Below, in pieces: positions 13,254-24,620 of a stretch of 38,683 nucleotides of DNA. Numbering within the stretch: the first letter of the stretch is position 1; each line of letters begins with the position of its first letter. The position numbers and the translations under genes were made by a program. The notes under the pieces are model-generated. The model was not told where the DNA came from, made no database searches, and saw nothing but the letters and a program-made list of their open reading frames with translations. Origin of the DNA: Octopus bimaculoides (Eukaryota); NCBI RefSeq assembly GCF_001194135.2, contig NC_068986.1, forward strand, positions 62,397,178-62,435,860, read 5' to 3'.

Positions 13254-14880
13254 TGTTGAATTTGGGGATGGTCATGTTACCAATTTAGCCAATGAAAACA
13301 CATGCACTATATATATGGTGTTCACTTGCTTCAGCTTTATTTTATATTAATTGTATTTCAGCCAGAGTTCTTTCATCACACTTCTGTAACCCCATCAGCG
13401 GTCCTTTGCTTTCTTCTTTCTTTTTTGTGTCTCTCCTTATTAACAATCTGCTATTTTGAATTCCTGTTGTATGTGTCTCTATTTGCACATGTGTATATCC
13501 CTGTGTGTGTCTATGTTTAGTAAGTGTGTGTGTAGGAATGTGTATGGTACCTGCATTATATCCTCTGTTTATTCACATTCATTTAATTTACTTGGATCAG
13601 AGTATATAAAGGAGCCATGAGGAAATTTGAAGCTATCATATGTAATGACAGGAATGGGATTTGCTCACCCTATAGGAGCAAGTCATGGAATATCATTGAA
13701 AGGACTAAGAAGAAAATAAGGAAAGCCAACTCATGGTATGATAGCCACAAATATCAGAGGCGAAATGGCATACCACTTTAGAAGGGCCCTAGACAAGCTT
13801 AAGCTAAGAATTAAGGTTGTAGAAAGGCTAGGTAACCCTATCAAATCCCTAATTGGTAGAACCTAGCCTTTTAGTAGAACACCCTGTACTGATAGGAACT
13901 GTATTGTATGTAGATTTAGCCCACATACAAACTGTAAAGCTAGGAATGTAGTCTATAGTATAAGATGTACAGAGGGACAGTGCAGAAACAAGGCAACAAC
14001 GTACATAGGGGAGACAGCATGGAGCATAGAAGAGTGGGTGAACGAGCATTGGAGGGAACTTAAGGAAGAGAAGAACTCATCGGTTCTATACCAGCACACC
14101 AAGTAGAAACACAGGGGCTCACTCAACAACATAGAAGTTGAAATCTTGTCCACACATAGAACAGACATAATGCTTAGACAAATTACAGAAGCTACATACA
14201 TAATAGTAGATAAACCTAGCCTAAATAGAAAACTAGAATGGAACACTAGCACCCCTCCACACATACACCACAACCTATGACAGTATAAGATCCCCATAAA
14301 CTAATAATATGAAACTAATACAATACACAGATAAATAAATGGAATTAAATAATTATATACATAAACAAAATAAATTAATTTAAATTAATACAAAAAAAGT
14401 GAAATGTAAAAGTAAGTAGATAAAAACAAATGAATAAAATAAATAAAAGTAAATTAAATGAATGTGAATAAACAGGGATACTGATAATGTAAATACCATA
14501 CACATTCCCACACACACTAAACATAGACACACACAGGGATATACACATGTGCAAATATAGACACACACAAGGATATATGCATGCACAAATAAAGACACAT
14601 ACAACAGGAATACAAAATGGCAGACTGTTAGTAAGGTGAGACACAAAAAAGAAAGAAAAAAGCAATGGACTGCTGATGAGGTTACAGAAGTGTGATGAAA
14701 GAACTCTGGCTGAAATATAATTAATATAAAATAAATCTGAAGCAAGTGAATACCAAATATATAGTGCATGTGTTTTCATTGGCCAAACTAGCAACATGAC
14801 CGTCTCCAAATACAACAATATCTGTTTCAACACACAAATTCACATCAAGAATCTTGCAAAATGAATATATAAACGTATAA
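13254..14880 (+). mobile_element. Penelope-like retroelement fragment (GIY-YIG end) with inverted 3' copy
   Basis: 13604-14290 is a decayed homolog of the endonuclease region at 38141-38683. 13254-13600 is an inverted copy of 14440-14820. Confidence 0.8.
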
Positions 14881-14885
14881 ACGAG

Positions 14886-16227
14886 CAAAGTCTTAGTAAG
14901 TAGGAAGGCGAACAAATCACAAATTCCTTCAGGTAGATGGCTCTGCTTGATCTGTAGCAAAGGCGTAGGTAGAAACTCCAGAAGATGTACCCAATGTAAG
15001 TTATGGACACATAAGAGGTGCAGCAATATCAAAGGAAGGTTAGCTGGGAAGATAGTTTTTGTGTATGGCAGATATGCAGAGGTGTGATAAACACTGAAGA
15101 TGTACAGACTACAGATACCATCACATGCTAGGGGGAAAAACTAGAAGTAGTTGATAGTTTCTATTACCTAAATGACCATTTGAGTGTGGCTGATGCCAGT
15201 GCTGCCTGACTAGCACCCACATCAGCGGCAGGGGTGGTTGCTCTGAGAGTGTAACTGCTAGAATAAGAATAGTCCGGGCAAAGTTCAGAGAGCTCCTATC
15301 TTTGCTGGTAACAAATGGCCTCTCGTTCAGAGTAAAAGGTAGACTGTATGATGCCTATGTGCGAACAGCCATGCTACACGGCACTGAAACATGGGCGGTG
15401 ACTGCTGAGGATATGTGTAGGCTTGAAAGAAATGAAGCTAGTATGCTCCACTGGATGTGTAATGTGTGCATACACATTAAACCCTGAGAGAAATGTTGGA
15501 CATAAGAAACATCAGATGTGGTGTGCAAGACAGATGACTGCACTGGTATGGCTATGTGGATGAGGACATCTGTGTGAAAAAGTGTCACACTCTAACAGTG
15601 GAGGGAACCTGTGGAAGAGGTAGACCCAGGAAAACATGGGATGAGGTGGTGAAGCATGACCTTCAAACGCTGGGCCTCATAGAGGCAATGAGAAGTAACT
15701 AAGACCTTTGGAGATATGCTGTGCTTGAGAAGACCCAGCAAGCCAAGTGAGATTGTAGTCATGGCCAATGTCAGTATCACATAGCTGACCTGTTTACAAG
15801 CACCCTTCAGTCGTTGGTCAATATGCTGTGCTTGTAAAGACGTGTTGAATCGAGTAAAATCGTAGTTGTGGCCAATGCCTGTGCTGCCTGACTGGCACCC
15901 ATGCCAATGGCATGTATAAAGCACCATTTGAGTGTGGCTGATGCCAGTGCTGCCTGACTAGCACCCACATCAGCGGCAGGTAAAAAGCACCATTCAACCA
16001 TGGGTGATGCCAATGCCACCTGACCGGCTCCTGTGCCTGTAGCATGTAAAAACACCCACTACACTCTTGGATTGGTTGGCATTAGGAAGGGCATCCAGCT
16101 GTAGAAACCTTGCCAAATTAGACTGGTACCTGGTGCAGTCTCCTGGCTTGGCAATTCTCAGTCAAATCATCCAACCCATGCCAGCATGGAAAGCAGACAT
16201 TAAACGACGACGATGATGATGATGACA
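14886..16227 (+). mobile_element. RTE-clade LINE 3' fragment
   Basis: GLSFRVKGRLYDAYVRTAMLHGTETWAVTAEDMCRLERNE; 3' UTR repeats and (GAT)n tail. Confidence 0.88.
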
Positions 16228-16229
16228 AG

Positions 16230-16230
<1 letters not shown>

Positions 16231-16279
<49 letters not shown>
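16231..16279. repeat. (CA)n microsatellite
   Basis: Direct reading; similar tracts at ~1980, ~2740, ~20003 and ~29340-29460. Confidence 0.95.
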
Positions 16280-16282
<3 letters not shown>

Positions 16283-17134
16283 TGTATCTACATATATGTA
16301 CCCATATATACATTCATGTAGGTATATTTTATTGATACCTAGGAATATGTATATATTTATATATATGTGTACACATATGTGTGTCTGCATAGACATACAT
16401 ACATATATGTATGCATACATATTGCTATATTAATACATTGCTTATATCTCAAAATAGATGCATGTACCTGTGCAAAAATACATAATTTTCATGCAAACAT
16501 CTGGATGTATAGGTAACATATTTAATTATGTGTATGCATGATTTACATTCAATTACATATAAAAACCACACTAGAAACAAATTAAAAAGTCCTAATAAAT
16601 ATTTATAGTAACATATATTTTTCCCAAAATACCTACTTTTATTTTTTTCAAGAGATGGCTTCTAACACCATCACCAAATTTAACTTCTGTCTGATCTAGT
16701 CTATGTGACCAACTATATTATCTGCAAGCATTCTTTTGTGAACTCTAAAATGTCGCAAAAACCAACCTTATATACAAAAAATGCAGTGACTTAAAGCCAA
16801 CACTTCTATTTATACCCTTACTTCCACACCTGACCAAACCCTAGACAAAAAAATTTTGCTCATCAAACCAAAATAAATCTAGCTATATCTTTTTTATCAA
16901 CCAACATTCTGCAAACATTGTACTCTATTCCCTCCCTTCCTACACAAATACTTCTATCTACCAATACCACATCTAATTACTATTCACATAGCTTCACCAC
17001 CCAACTCCCAAAAAGAAAACCTTCGCCAAAGACTATTTAAAACCAAAAGGAACATAAGTAAATTAGACTCTGATGAAGGTGAGTGAGCAGGTCAAAACTT
17101 CAAAGTCACTGTCAATCTTTTCCTTGCAAAAGCA

Positions 17135-17290
17135 TGGCTGCATGGTTAAGAAGCTCACTTTACAACTATGTGGTTTCAGATTCAGTTCACTGTATGACAC
17201 TTTGGACAAGTGTCTTCTACAATAACCCTGGGCTAACCAGTGCCTTGTGGGTGAATTTGGTAACAAAAACTGTGTAAGCCCATCATATAT
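17135..17290 (+). mobile_element. Partial tRNA-derived SINE
   Basis: catggctgcatggttaagaagc..ggacaagtgtcttctac..gtgggtgaatttggta matches the head of the 2562 family. Confidence 0.65.
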
Positions 17291-18471
17291 CATCATTATC
17301 ATCATTATTGTTTAATGCTCATTTTCCATGCTGGCTTGGGTTGCATGGTTTGACAAGAGCTGCAAGCTTAAGGACTGCACCAAGCTCTATTGTCTTCTTT
17401 TGCATGGTTTATACATTATACAACTGGATACCTTTTCTAATGCCAACCACTTTACAGAGTGTACTGGGTGCTTTTTATATGGCACCAGCATGTGCAGGGT
17501 CACCAAGTAATTTTCAAGACAAAGACCCCTTGACTGGGAGGAGAAGTAGTATTGAGAGAGGTGGCTGTGTGGCAGCTGATGAGAGGTTAAAAGAATAATA
17601 GAGGGATAGAGAGAGGAGTTTTGTTGTAGAAGAGAAACAAGAATACCACAGTTGTAAAAGAAAAGAGAGACTTAAGAAGATAGATAGATAGATAGTTAGA
17701 TAGGGAGAAAGAGAAAGAGAGAGAGATGGTAGTGGAGATATGTCAGGATATTCGAGGGACAGTTGGGGGTGAATACAAGTGAACTGATACTGAGGGATGG
17801 GCTGGGTGAGTGGGCAGTTGGAATTGAGAAGATAATTTCATAAAAATGTGAGAAGAGATGGGATAGAGATGACTGTAGTAAGTGATGGCTTGGAGGGATG
17901 GTGATGATGGTAAATATGTAAGGGCACAAGGAATGACAGCAGGTAACAAAGGTGTTAAGGATTGAACATAGCAGAGGGGAGAACAGTGGCTGAAAGCACA
18001 GAAAAGTGTCGACTGGTGGAAGACAATCATAAATGGAGGTGGTTCTGGGGTGAGGAAGAGGGAAGGTAACCAAAGAGAGAAGATGTTATGTGCCTCTTCT
18101 GTTTTTGGGGGATTATGGTAGCTGAATAATACCACAAAGAGAGAAGTGATCAACGTTAGGGGATAGGATGTGAAAGGGATGCTTGATGGAACAGAGAGAA
18201 TGGAGGTGGAGTATAACCCTGCATGTACAAGCATTTACCAAGGTGGTTTTGGGATATCAATTTGGCTGTAGTAGGCAGTACAACATAGTGCCAGACATCT
18301 CAATTCTTCATCCACTCCACTGTAAGTACAATATCTTGAGATCAGCCTTCAATACTTTGTTCCATGTCTTCCTGGCTCTCCCCACTTTAAGTGATTGACA
18401 CTTCTTTATGCAACTATCTTTGTCCATATGAATTACATGACCAAACCATTAACCTTCCTGTGATTCCAGTA

Positions 18472-18472
<1 letters not shown>

Positions 18473-18548
<76 letters not shown>
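18473..18548. repeat. (TA)n microsatellite
   Basis: Direct reading. Confidence 0.95.
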
Positions 18549-18551
<3 letters not shown>

Positions 18552-18680
18552 TGTTACTGAATGAACCAGACTATTGGATGTTGTTATACATGCTAGTTAC
18601 AATGCGCTTTCTCGTATTGTAGCTTTTGAATGATGCCACCCCACTGGCTCGGTGAGCAGGCCAACATTCCCCCTGAACAT

Positions 18681-18863
18681 AATGGCAGTCTATTATAGGA
18701 TTACTTATTTATAGCTGAGCAGACATACAAACAAACCCACATACACACGTGTGTTTATGTGTATGTATATAATATATACATACACATAAACACACGTGTG
18801 TATGTGGGTTTGTTTGTATGTCTGCTCAGCTATAAATAAGTAATCCTATAATAGACTGCCATT
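18681..18863. repeat. Perfect 183-bp palindrome ending at an N-gap
   Basis: 91-bp arms exactly complementary around position 18772. Confidence 0.9.
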
Positions 18864-19629
18864 NNNNNNNNNNNNNNNNNNNNNNNNNNNNNNNNNNNNN
18901 NNNNNNNNNNNNNNNNNNNNNNNNNNNNNNNNNNNNNNNNNNNNNNNNNNNNNNNNNNNNNNNNNNNNNNNNNNNNNNNNNNNNNNNNNNNNNNNNNNNN
19001 NNNNNNNNNNNNNNNNNNNNNNNNNNNNNNNNNNNNNNNNNNNNNNNNNNNNNNNNNNNNNNNNNNNNNNNNNNNNNNNNNNNNNNNNNNNNNNNNNNNN
19101 NNNNNNNTATATATATATATATATATTACCTGAAATGTATACATACATTATGTATATACAAATGTATATATATACATTACCTGAAATGTACAATATTATA
19201 TATCCATTATGGCCAATCTCACCTGCTGGTTTTGTGCTAGGGATTTAACAGAGTGTTAGGTAACAATTTGATTATGTAACCCTATGCCAATATGGAAGTT
19301 GCCAATATGGAATGAAATATGGTGACTGCTCTCTATTGTTTGAAACTGATTAAGATCAGCTGTAATGGATATATATACAATACTGTACACTTCGGATAGT
19401 ATACCCACTCTATTGACAGATATAAAAATGCATTTTTTCCTGACTTATGGACTCTTAGATAACTTACACAGACACATGTATATATCATTTCATTTCATTT
19501 CAAAGTTTCAGCTCAGAGCTGCGGCCATNNNNNNNNNNNNNNNNNNNNNNNNNNNNNNNNNNNNNNNNNNNNNNNNNNNNNNNNNNNNNNNNNNNNNNNN
19601 NNNNNNNNNNNNNNNNNNNNNNNNNNNNG

Positions 19630-19750
19630 AGGAAGGAGATGAAAAGGCAGAGCTGTTCGCGGGAGAGGGAGGTGGCTCTTATACAGTCATCTATGTAACG
19701 ACCGTATAGTTCCGGGTCGGACCGGAGAATTGGGAGAATACTTGGGCCTA
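19630..19750 (-). mobile_element. Penelope-type reverse transcriptase fragment with YIDD motif
   Basis: Peptide PELYGRYIDDCIRATSLSREQLCLFISF next to an N-gap; GC-richer than its flanks. Confidence 0.7.
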
Positions 19751-19975
19751 CACACACACTTGTGTGTGTGTTTGTTTGCTTGCGTTCCCATTATTTGACA
19801 AGTGGTGTTGATTAATTTATGTCCCTGTGACTTAGCAGTTTAACAAAAGAGACTAATAGAATTAGTATCAAGCTTCAAAAATAAGTACTGGGATTTTTTT
19901 TCAACAAAACCCTTCAAGACAGTGCACCAGCATAGTTGCAGTTCAGCGACTGAAACAAGTAAAAGATAAAAGATA
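19745..19975 (+). mobile_element. 3' half of tRNA-derived SINE
   Basis: ttatgtccctgtgacttagcagtt..gcaccagcatagttgcagttc..gaaacaagtaaaaga. Confidence 0.65.
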
Positions 19976-20000
19976 CACACTCACATGCGCACGTGCGCGT

Positions 20001-20036
<36 letters not shown>

Positions 20037-20166
20037 ATAAATATAATTATACTCAAACTCTCTACACCCTTGCTCTTTCACACACACTTACATAGGACAT
20101 GAACACATGCAAATATATTCTAGGAATTATGAAATTGCATTTTGTTGGATTGGGATATATGATTTA

Positions 20167-20264
20167 TTATGGAAGTTCTGCTGCAATATCCAACATGTCA
20201 AATATATCAAATAATTCTCTTTGGTCTTTATTCTTGAGTTTATCTACTTGCTTTATAGAGTTTT
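20167..20264 (-). CDS. Candidate alternative terminal exon of host gene
   Basis: Strong acceptor ttattttcttcaaaattttcAG. Phase-1 frame (E)NSIKQVDKLKNKDQRELFDIFDMLDIAAELP followed by TAA TAA, with AATAAA overlapping the stops. No family recognised. Confidence 0.3.
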
Positions 20265-20636
20265 CTGAAAATTTTGAAGAAAATAAAGACACTAGCCTTA
20301 CAAAATAACCCAATCCATGCTAGTTGGAATGTGGGAGATGGTCAGGAAACAAATTTTCTTCCATGACAGTGATACTGCTGATGGTAATGATGATAATGAC
20401 GATGATCATGATGATTATGAATATATTGATGATGAATAGGGAGATGGTAACTATGATGATAATGACAAATGATTTTTTTTTCATAAGGAGTAATGGAAAA
20501 ATTGTTTTTTTCCTTACATTTTCTCCTTATAAAACATCTAACTATATTGAAATTCTTAAATCTTGGCTACTTAGAGAATTGTAGCGAAGCAAATAACAAA
20601 TGCATAAATAAAAAAATTAAAAACAAGAAGTTTTAC

Positions 20637-20750
20637 TGATACACATATTCAGCTTTTGATATCCAGCATTGCATATACAAATGTAACTACCATCAGTATT
20701 TCTACAGCTATGTTGGCATCCCCCATTAGCAGTTGAACATTCATTGATGT
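20637..20750 (-). pseudogene. In-frame cbEGF exon with non-canonical acceptor (probable skipped or pseudo-exon of host gene)
   Basis: 114 nt open frame (D)[37 protein letters not shown]. The acceptor position reads ttttacttcGC instead of AG, and the donor A|GTAAAA is weak. Not in the supplied ORF track. Confidence 0.8.
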
Positions 20751-21739
20751 GCGAAGTAAAACACAATAGAATTTACAGTAAAAAAATTCTATTTTTGCAA
20801 TATATATGCAGAAATTATTATTAATATTACAAGAGAAAATATGATAAATACATGTTTATATCATTACTTCCTAAGTAAGTCTCGCCATTGTGGTTGTTTG
20901 GAACTAAGTACAATTGGATGCTTAGCCAGAATGGATCATCAGGGAATACTTTATTGAATTATGTTACATACATATGTACATATCTACATACATGCATTCA
21001 TGTATATATATCTACATATGTATGTGTAAATTATCATCACCTTTTTTCACTTTATTTTTCCCCATGCACATTGTGCCCAGATTGGCTAATTCAGGAAAAA
21101 AATCATATCTTGAGTTAAAATAATCACCTGATAGTGGTTGAGGGCTCATTTGAACCACAATTTTAAGGGCTATCAGCTAGAATGAAAATTATTTGTTTTT
21201 CCTTTGTTTATGGGGATCTGGGTTCAAATAACCAAATCAAGGCATATCGACCAAAATTACCCTTTTGGTGTATTGCGGTTAAAAATGATTATCTGGCAGG
21301 GGCTTTTAAAGGCTCCTCATTTACTCATTTTTTTTTTTCTCTTTTGAGGGTTTGATTTGACTTACACTTTCATCACCCTGCAATGATTTTCTACTCTCTG
21401 AAAATTAATCTTCAGAAGCCAAAATTGCAATTCTGCACTTTGTTTTGTCCATTTTGTCCAATAGCCCAACTTCTCAGTTTCACTTTCTATGTAAAGTTTG
21501 CCATTTTGCTGACACAGTATTTTTTCCTCACTTGTTTGGTGCTTCACCTTCCTATTGGTCATTCTCTCAAAGCTGTTATCAATTGCTGTTGTGCCTTGTT
21601 GTGTGCTTGCATTTTGTTTGCTTGTTTTGGGAGTATGTGTGCATCAACAGCGATACTGAATCATTACAACATGTTTGGGCCAATTGCCATGGGTTGTTGC
21701 AGTTTCATCTGTTTGGGTTGTTCTTATGACTTGTTTTCT

Positions 21740-22124
21740 TTTATTTTTTATTCTTTTACTTGTTCCAGTCATTTGACTGTGGCCATGCTGGAGCACTGCC
21801 TTTAGTCAAGCAAATTGACCCAAGGACTTATTCTTTGTAAGCATAGTACTTATTCTATCAGTCTCTTTTGCTGAATCGCTAAGTTATGGGGATGTAAACA
21901 CACCAGCATTGGTTGTCAAGCGAAGTTGGGGGACAATCATAGACACACACACACATATACGATGGGCTTTTTTCAGTTTCCATCAACCAAATCTACTCAC
22001 AAGGCTTTGGTCGGCCTGAGGCCATAATAGAAGACACTTGCCCAAGGTGTCACACAGTGGGACTGAACCCGAAACTATGTGGCTGGTAAGCAAGCTACTT
22101 ACTACACAGCTACTCCTGCATATG
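21740..22124 (-). mobile_element. tRNA-derived SINE nested in the Transib element
   Basis: Full copy of the 2562 family on the minus strand. Candidate TSD tgttttct at 21732-39 and 22125-32. Confidence 0.85.
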
Positions 22125-22193
22125 TGTTTTCTCTAATTTGAGCTCAGGGTGACAAAGCCAATTTTATGCTGATGTATTTTCTTTATCTTTTAG

Positions 22194-24346
22194 GTAGAAA
22201 ATCAATTCAAAATGAAGTGGAATAACAAAGAATCATTGAAACTATTTCTTTGTTATACCAAGCATTTGCCTAAAAACATCAAGAAGGGCAACAAATGTAA
22301 TGAAGTAGCGACCATGTTCATAGAGAATCTTCCAAAGCCACCTCCAGACCATTGGTGTATCAGTATGAAATTCTTGAGAATGTTGGATTCAAAACCTTGC
22401 AATAGGAGTTCTCAAGATGATGTGTCCAAATGGAAATATTTGGTTTTCTTTGAGCATGTTCAAGCATCAGATGAAACAAAGAAACCAAGAGGTAGACAAA
22501 GTGTAACCCTCGGTGATGTACCTTGTTTGAGAAAACAATGTTGATTTTGAAAGATGTGCTTTGTTGGGTAGAACAATTTGCTGAGGAACAGAATGTAACA
22601 AAAGAAGTTGCTCTGCAGATGGTAGTTGAATGCAATCAGACTTGGCATTCCTCTGTTAAGCCAACGAAATGCACAATTCCTGTTGACAATGCAGTAGCAT
22701 TAGTATATAATGATAATTTTTCACTGCATCAATATGAAATGATTAGAACATTGTGTCTCCCGCATGGTGTAGTATTCCTGACTAGAAACAAAGTAGATTG
22801 CGTAAAAAAGAAGTTTCATACTACTATTTCCAGTTATCAATTGAAATCGTCAGTGGACACAACTAAGTTAATCAATGAAACAGTTGCAACATTGATCAAA
22901 TTGAGTGAAACTAAACCAAATCATGAAGAAGGCAGTTACCACTTAGTAGGAGAGTTTGATGTCGATGGATCAGAATCTCATAAAATTCACCAGCAGTTGA
23001 TCAACACTTCTCTTGCAACAGAAGAAACTGCACATCTCATTCCAACAAAGAGTAATTCTTTTGTGTTGTCTAGTTACTGTCCTCTTCAGTTGCACTACAA
23101 TGATAGTGTTCTTTGGACAAACCCAGTGCCAAACAGCACCAGTTTTGCATGTCCTGTGTCACTTAACAGGTGTGTTGAGGAATGAGATGTTCTTGCTGTT
23201 GAACTTGAACCATCTTTTGAAGTGATAAGGGGTGAGTATCAGTCAAATGTTCTTGATGACAAAATTATCACTGTCCATTGCAAAACAGAGTGCTCCAGGG
23301 TTGATGGAAAAACGGTCTCCCACCTTCAAGGTGATAGTGGAGCATTCTGTTATCTGTGTCATACATCATGAGCTGATGCAAACAATGTTGGAGTGATATC
23401 TGAAGGTTTTGATATTACCAAGGACTATGCTTCTTGCAAAACAGCATGGGAAAAGCTGTCAGCTGGGGACATTGCCTATTTGAGTAGTGAGAGACAAGAA
23501 CAATGTTATGAGAACGTCATCAAAGCTGATCTTTTTTGTTTTTCAGTTCTTCACTTTAAGCTGCAATCATTGGATTTTACACAGAAAATTTTCTACCACC
23601 CCGTTGGCAGTCAGAAGATCGGGAGTGAGACAGCAAATCTTAATGTGATGCGATTTGTGGGTCGAGTCAAAAAGAATGCATTGATGCTATCCATTCCAGT
23701 ACAGGAATGTTAATGGACATACCAAGTTGTTCAGGGGGAAACATCAATACTGGTCCCCTGGCTGATCAGTTCTTCAGTCTGGTTCACCATGATACAATTT
23801 GTTCATTGATTCTCAATGAGGAAGATTGACAAAACTACTGGATCTTTTTGTCATTCATGAACACCATGCTCACTGTTATGCAATCAGTTAATGCAGCAAA
23901 GAAAGTGCGAGTTGATGTGTTGAAGTCACTGGGCATAGAGCTGATGATGCACATGAAGAACATGTTCCTTAATGAGAAGGGGGCAGCCTTGGGTGATGAT
24001 CATTCCATCTTTCCACTCAATGTGTGCATACAGCTGGCAGCTCTTTGTGTTAAATGGTAGCCAATCAATTGCTAAATGGAATGCGAGTCCAGTGGGGAGT
24101 TGGAATAAACATGTAAGGTCATTTCTAAGTGGTCCTTCTGCAAGATCTTGCCAGCTTTCAATCGAGGATAACATCCATGACATTTTCAGAAGAATGTCCA
24201 TCATGTTGCATCCAGCAATTGCTTTGAAATGTCCCAGCCTAAGTTGTTCTGTTTGTGGTGTAGTTGGTCACACAGCTCGTTCTTCAAAACATAAGGTGTT
24301 TGCTTTGACAGAAGAACAATCAGTAATCAAATCACTATATTACTGA
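22194..24346 (+). pseudogene. Transib/RAG1-like DDE transposase pseudogene (~717 codons reconstructed)
   Basis: Joins ORFs 22212-22544, 22523-23185, 23393-23713, 23848-24060 and 23972-24346 via frameshifts near 22535, 23670 and 23985 and in-frame TGA at 23183, 23369 and 23827. Motifs: RGRQ..VEQFAEEQ (NBD-like), VALVYNDNFSLHQYEMIR, EFDVDGS (D 22964), WTNPVPNSTSFACPV, VDGK (D 23303), GAFCYLC, SVLH, GGNINTGPLADQFF, PWVMIIPSFHSMCAY, WNASPVGSWNKHVR (expected catalytic E is GGG at 24095) and CSVCGVVGH (24245-24271). A phase-0 acceptor tttctttatcttttAG precedes 22194. Confidence 0.88.
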
Positions 24347-24407
24347 CTGGTCCATGTTACACATATTTATCGTTTGGCATTGTTGTTCCAATATTTGTTG
24401 TGAATAA

Positions 24408-24620
24408 GGTGGTTAGCTGGCAGAAGTGTGAGCATGCTGGGCAAAATGCTCAGTGGTATTTTGTCTGTCTTTATGTTCTGAGTTCAAATTCCCCTGAGGT
24501 TGACTTTGCTTTTCATTCTTTCAGGATCAATAAATTAAGTACCAATTGCATACTGGGGTTGATCTAATTAACTGGTCCCCTCCCCAAAAATTTCAGGCCT
24601 TGTGCCTATAGTAGAAAAGA
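24408..24620 (+). mobile_element. Second SINE family nested in the Transib element
   Basis: tctgagttcaaattc..gactttgcttttcattc..aagtacca body. 17-bp TSD atatttgttgtgaataa at 24391-24407 and 24621-24637. Relatives at ~9680-9840, ~30200-30310 and ~33470-34010. Confidence 0.85.

Noticed and set aside
18681-18863. Perfect 91-bp-arm palindrome as a biological cruciform
   Set aside because: Zero mismatches and termination exactly at an N-gap point to a fold-back read or assembly artefact; needs long reads.
19223-19359. Minus-strand segment with good AG and GTGAG splice signals
   Set aside because: All three frames contain stops and there is no EGF pattern.
21067-21105. RSS-like nonamer (AAAAAAATC, 22 nt after the heptamer) in the left TIR
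   Set aside because: It is only an A-tract in AT-rich DNA with no counterpart at the right end, so a 12/23-type asymmetry cannot be claimed.
21383-21805. 140-aa plus-strand ORF as first transposase exon
   Set aside because: Phe/Leu/Cys-rich composition reflects a T-rich strand, it runs into a SINE, and no motif or clear donor is present.
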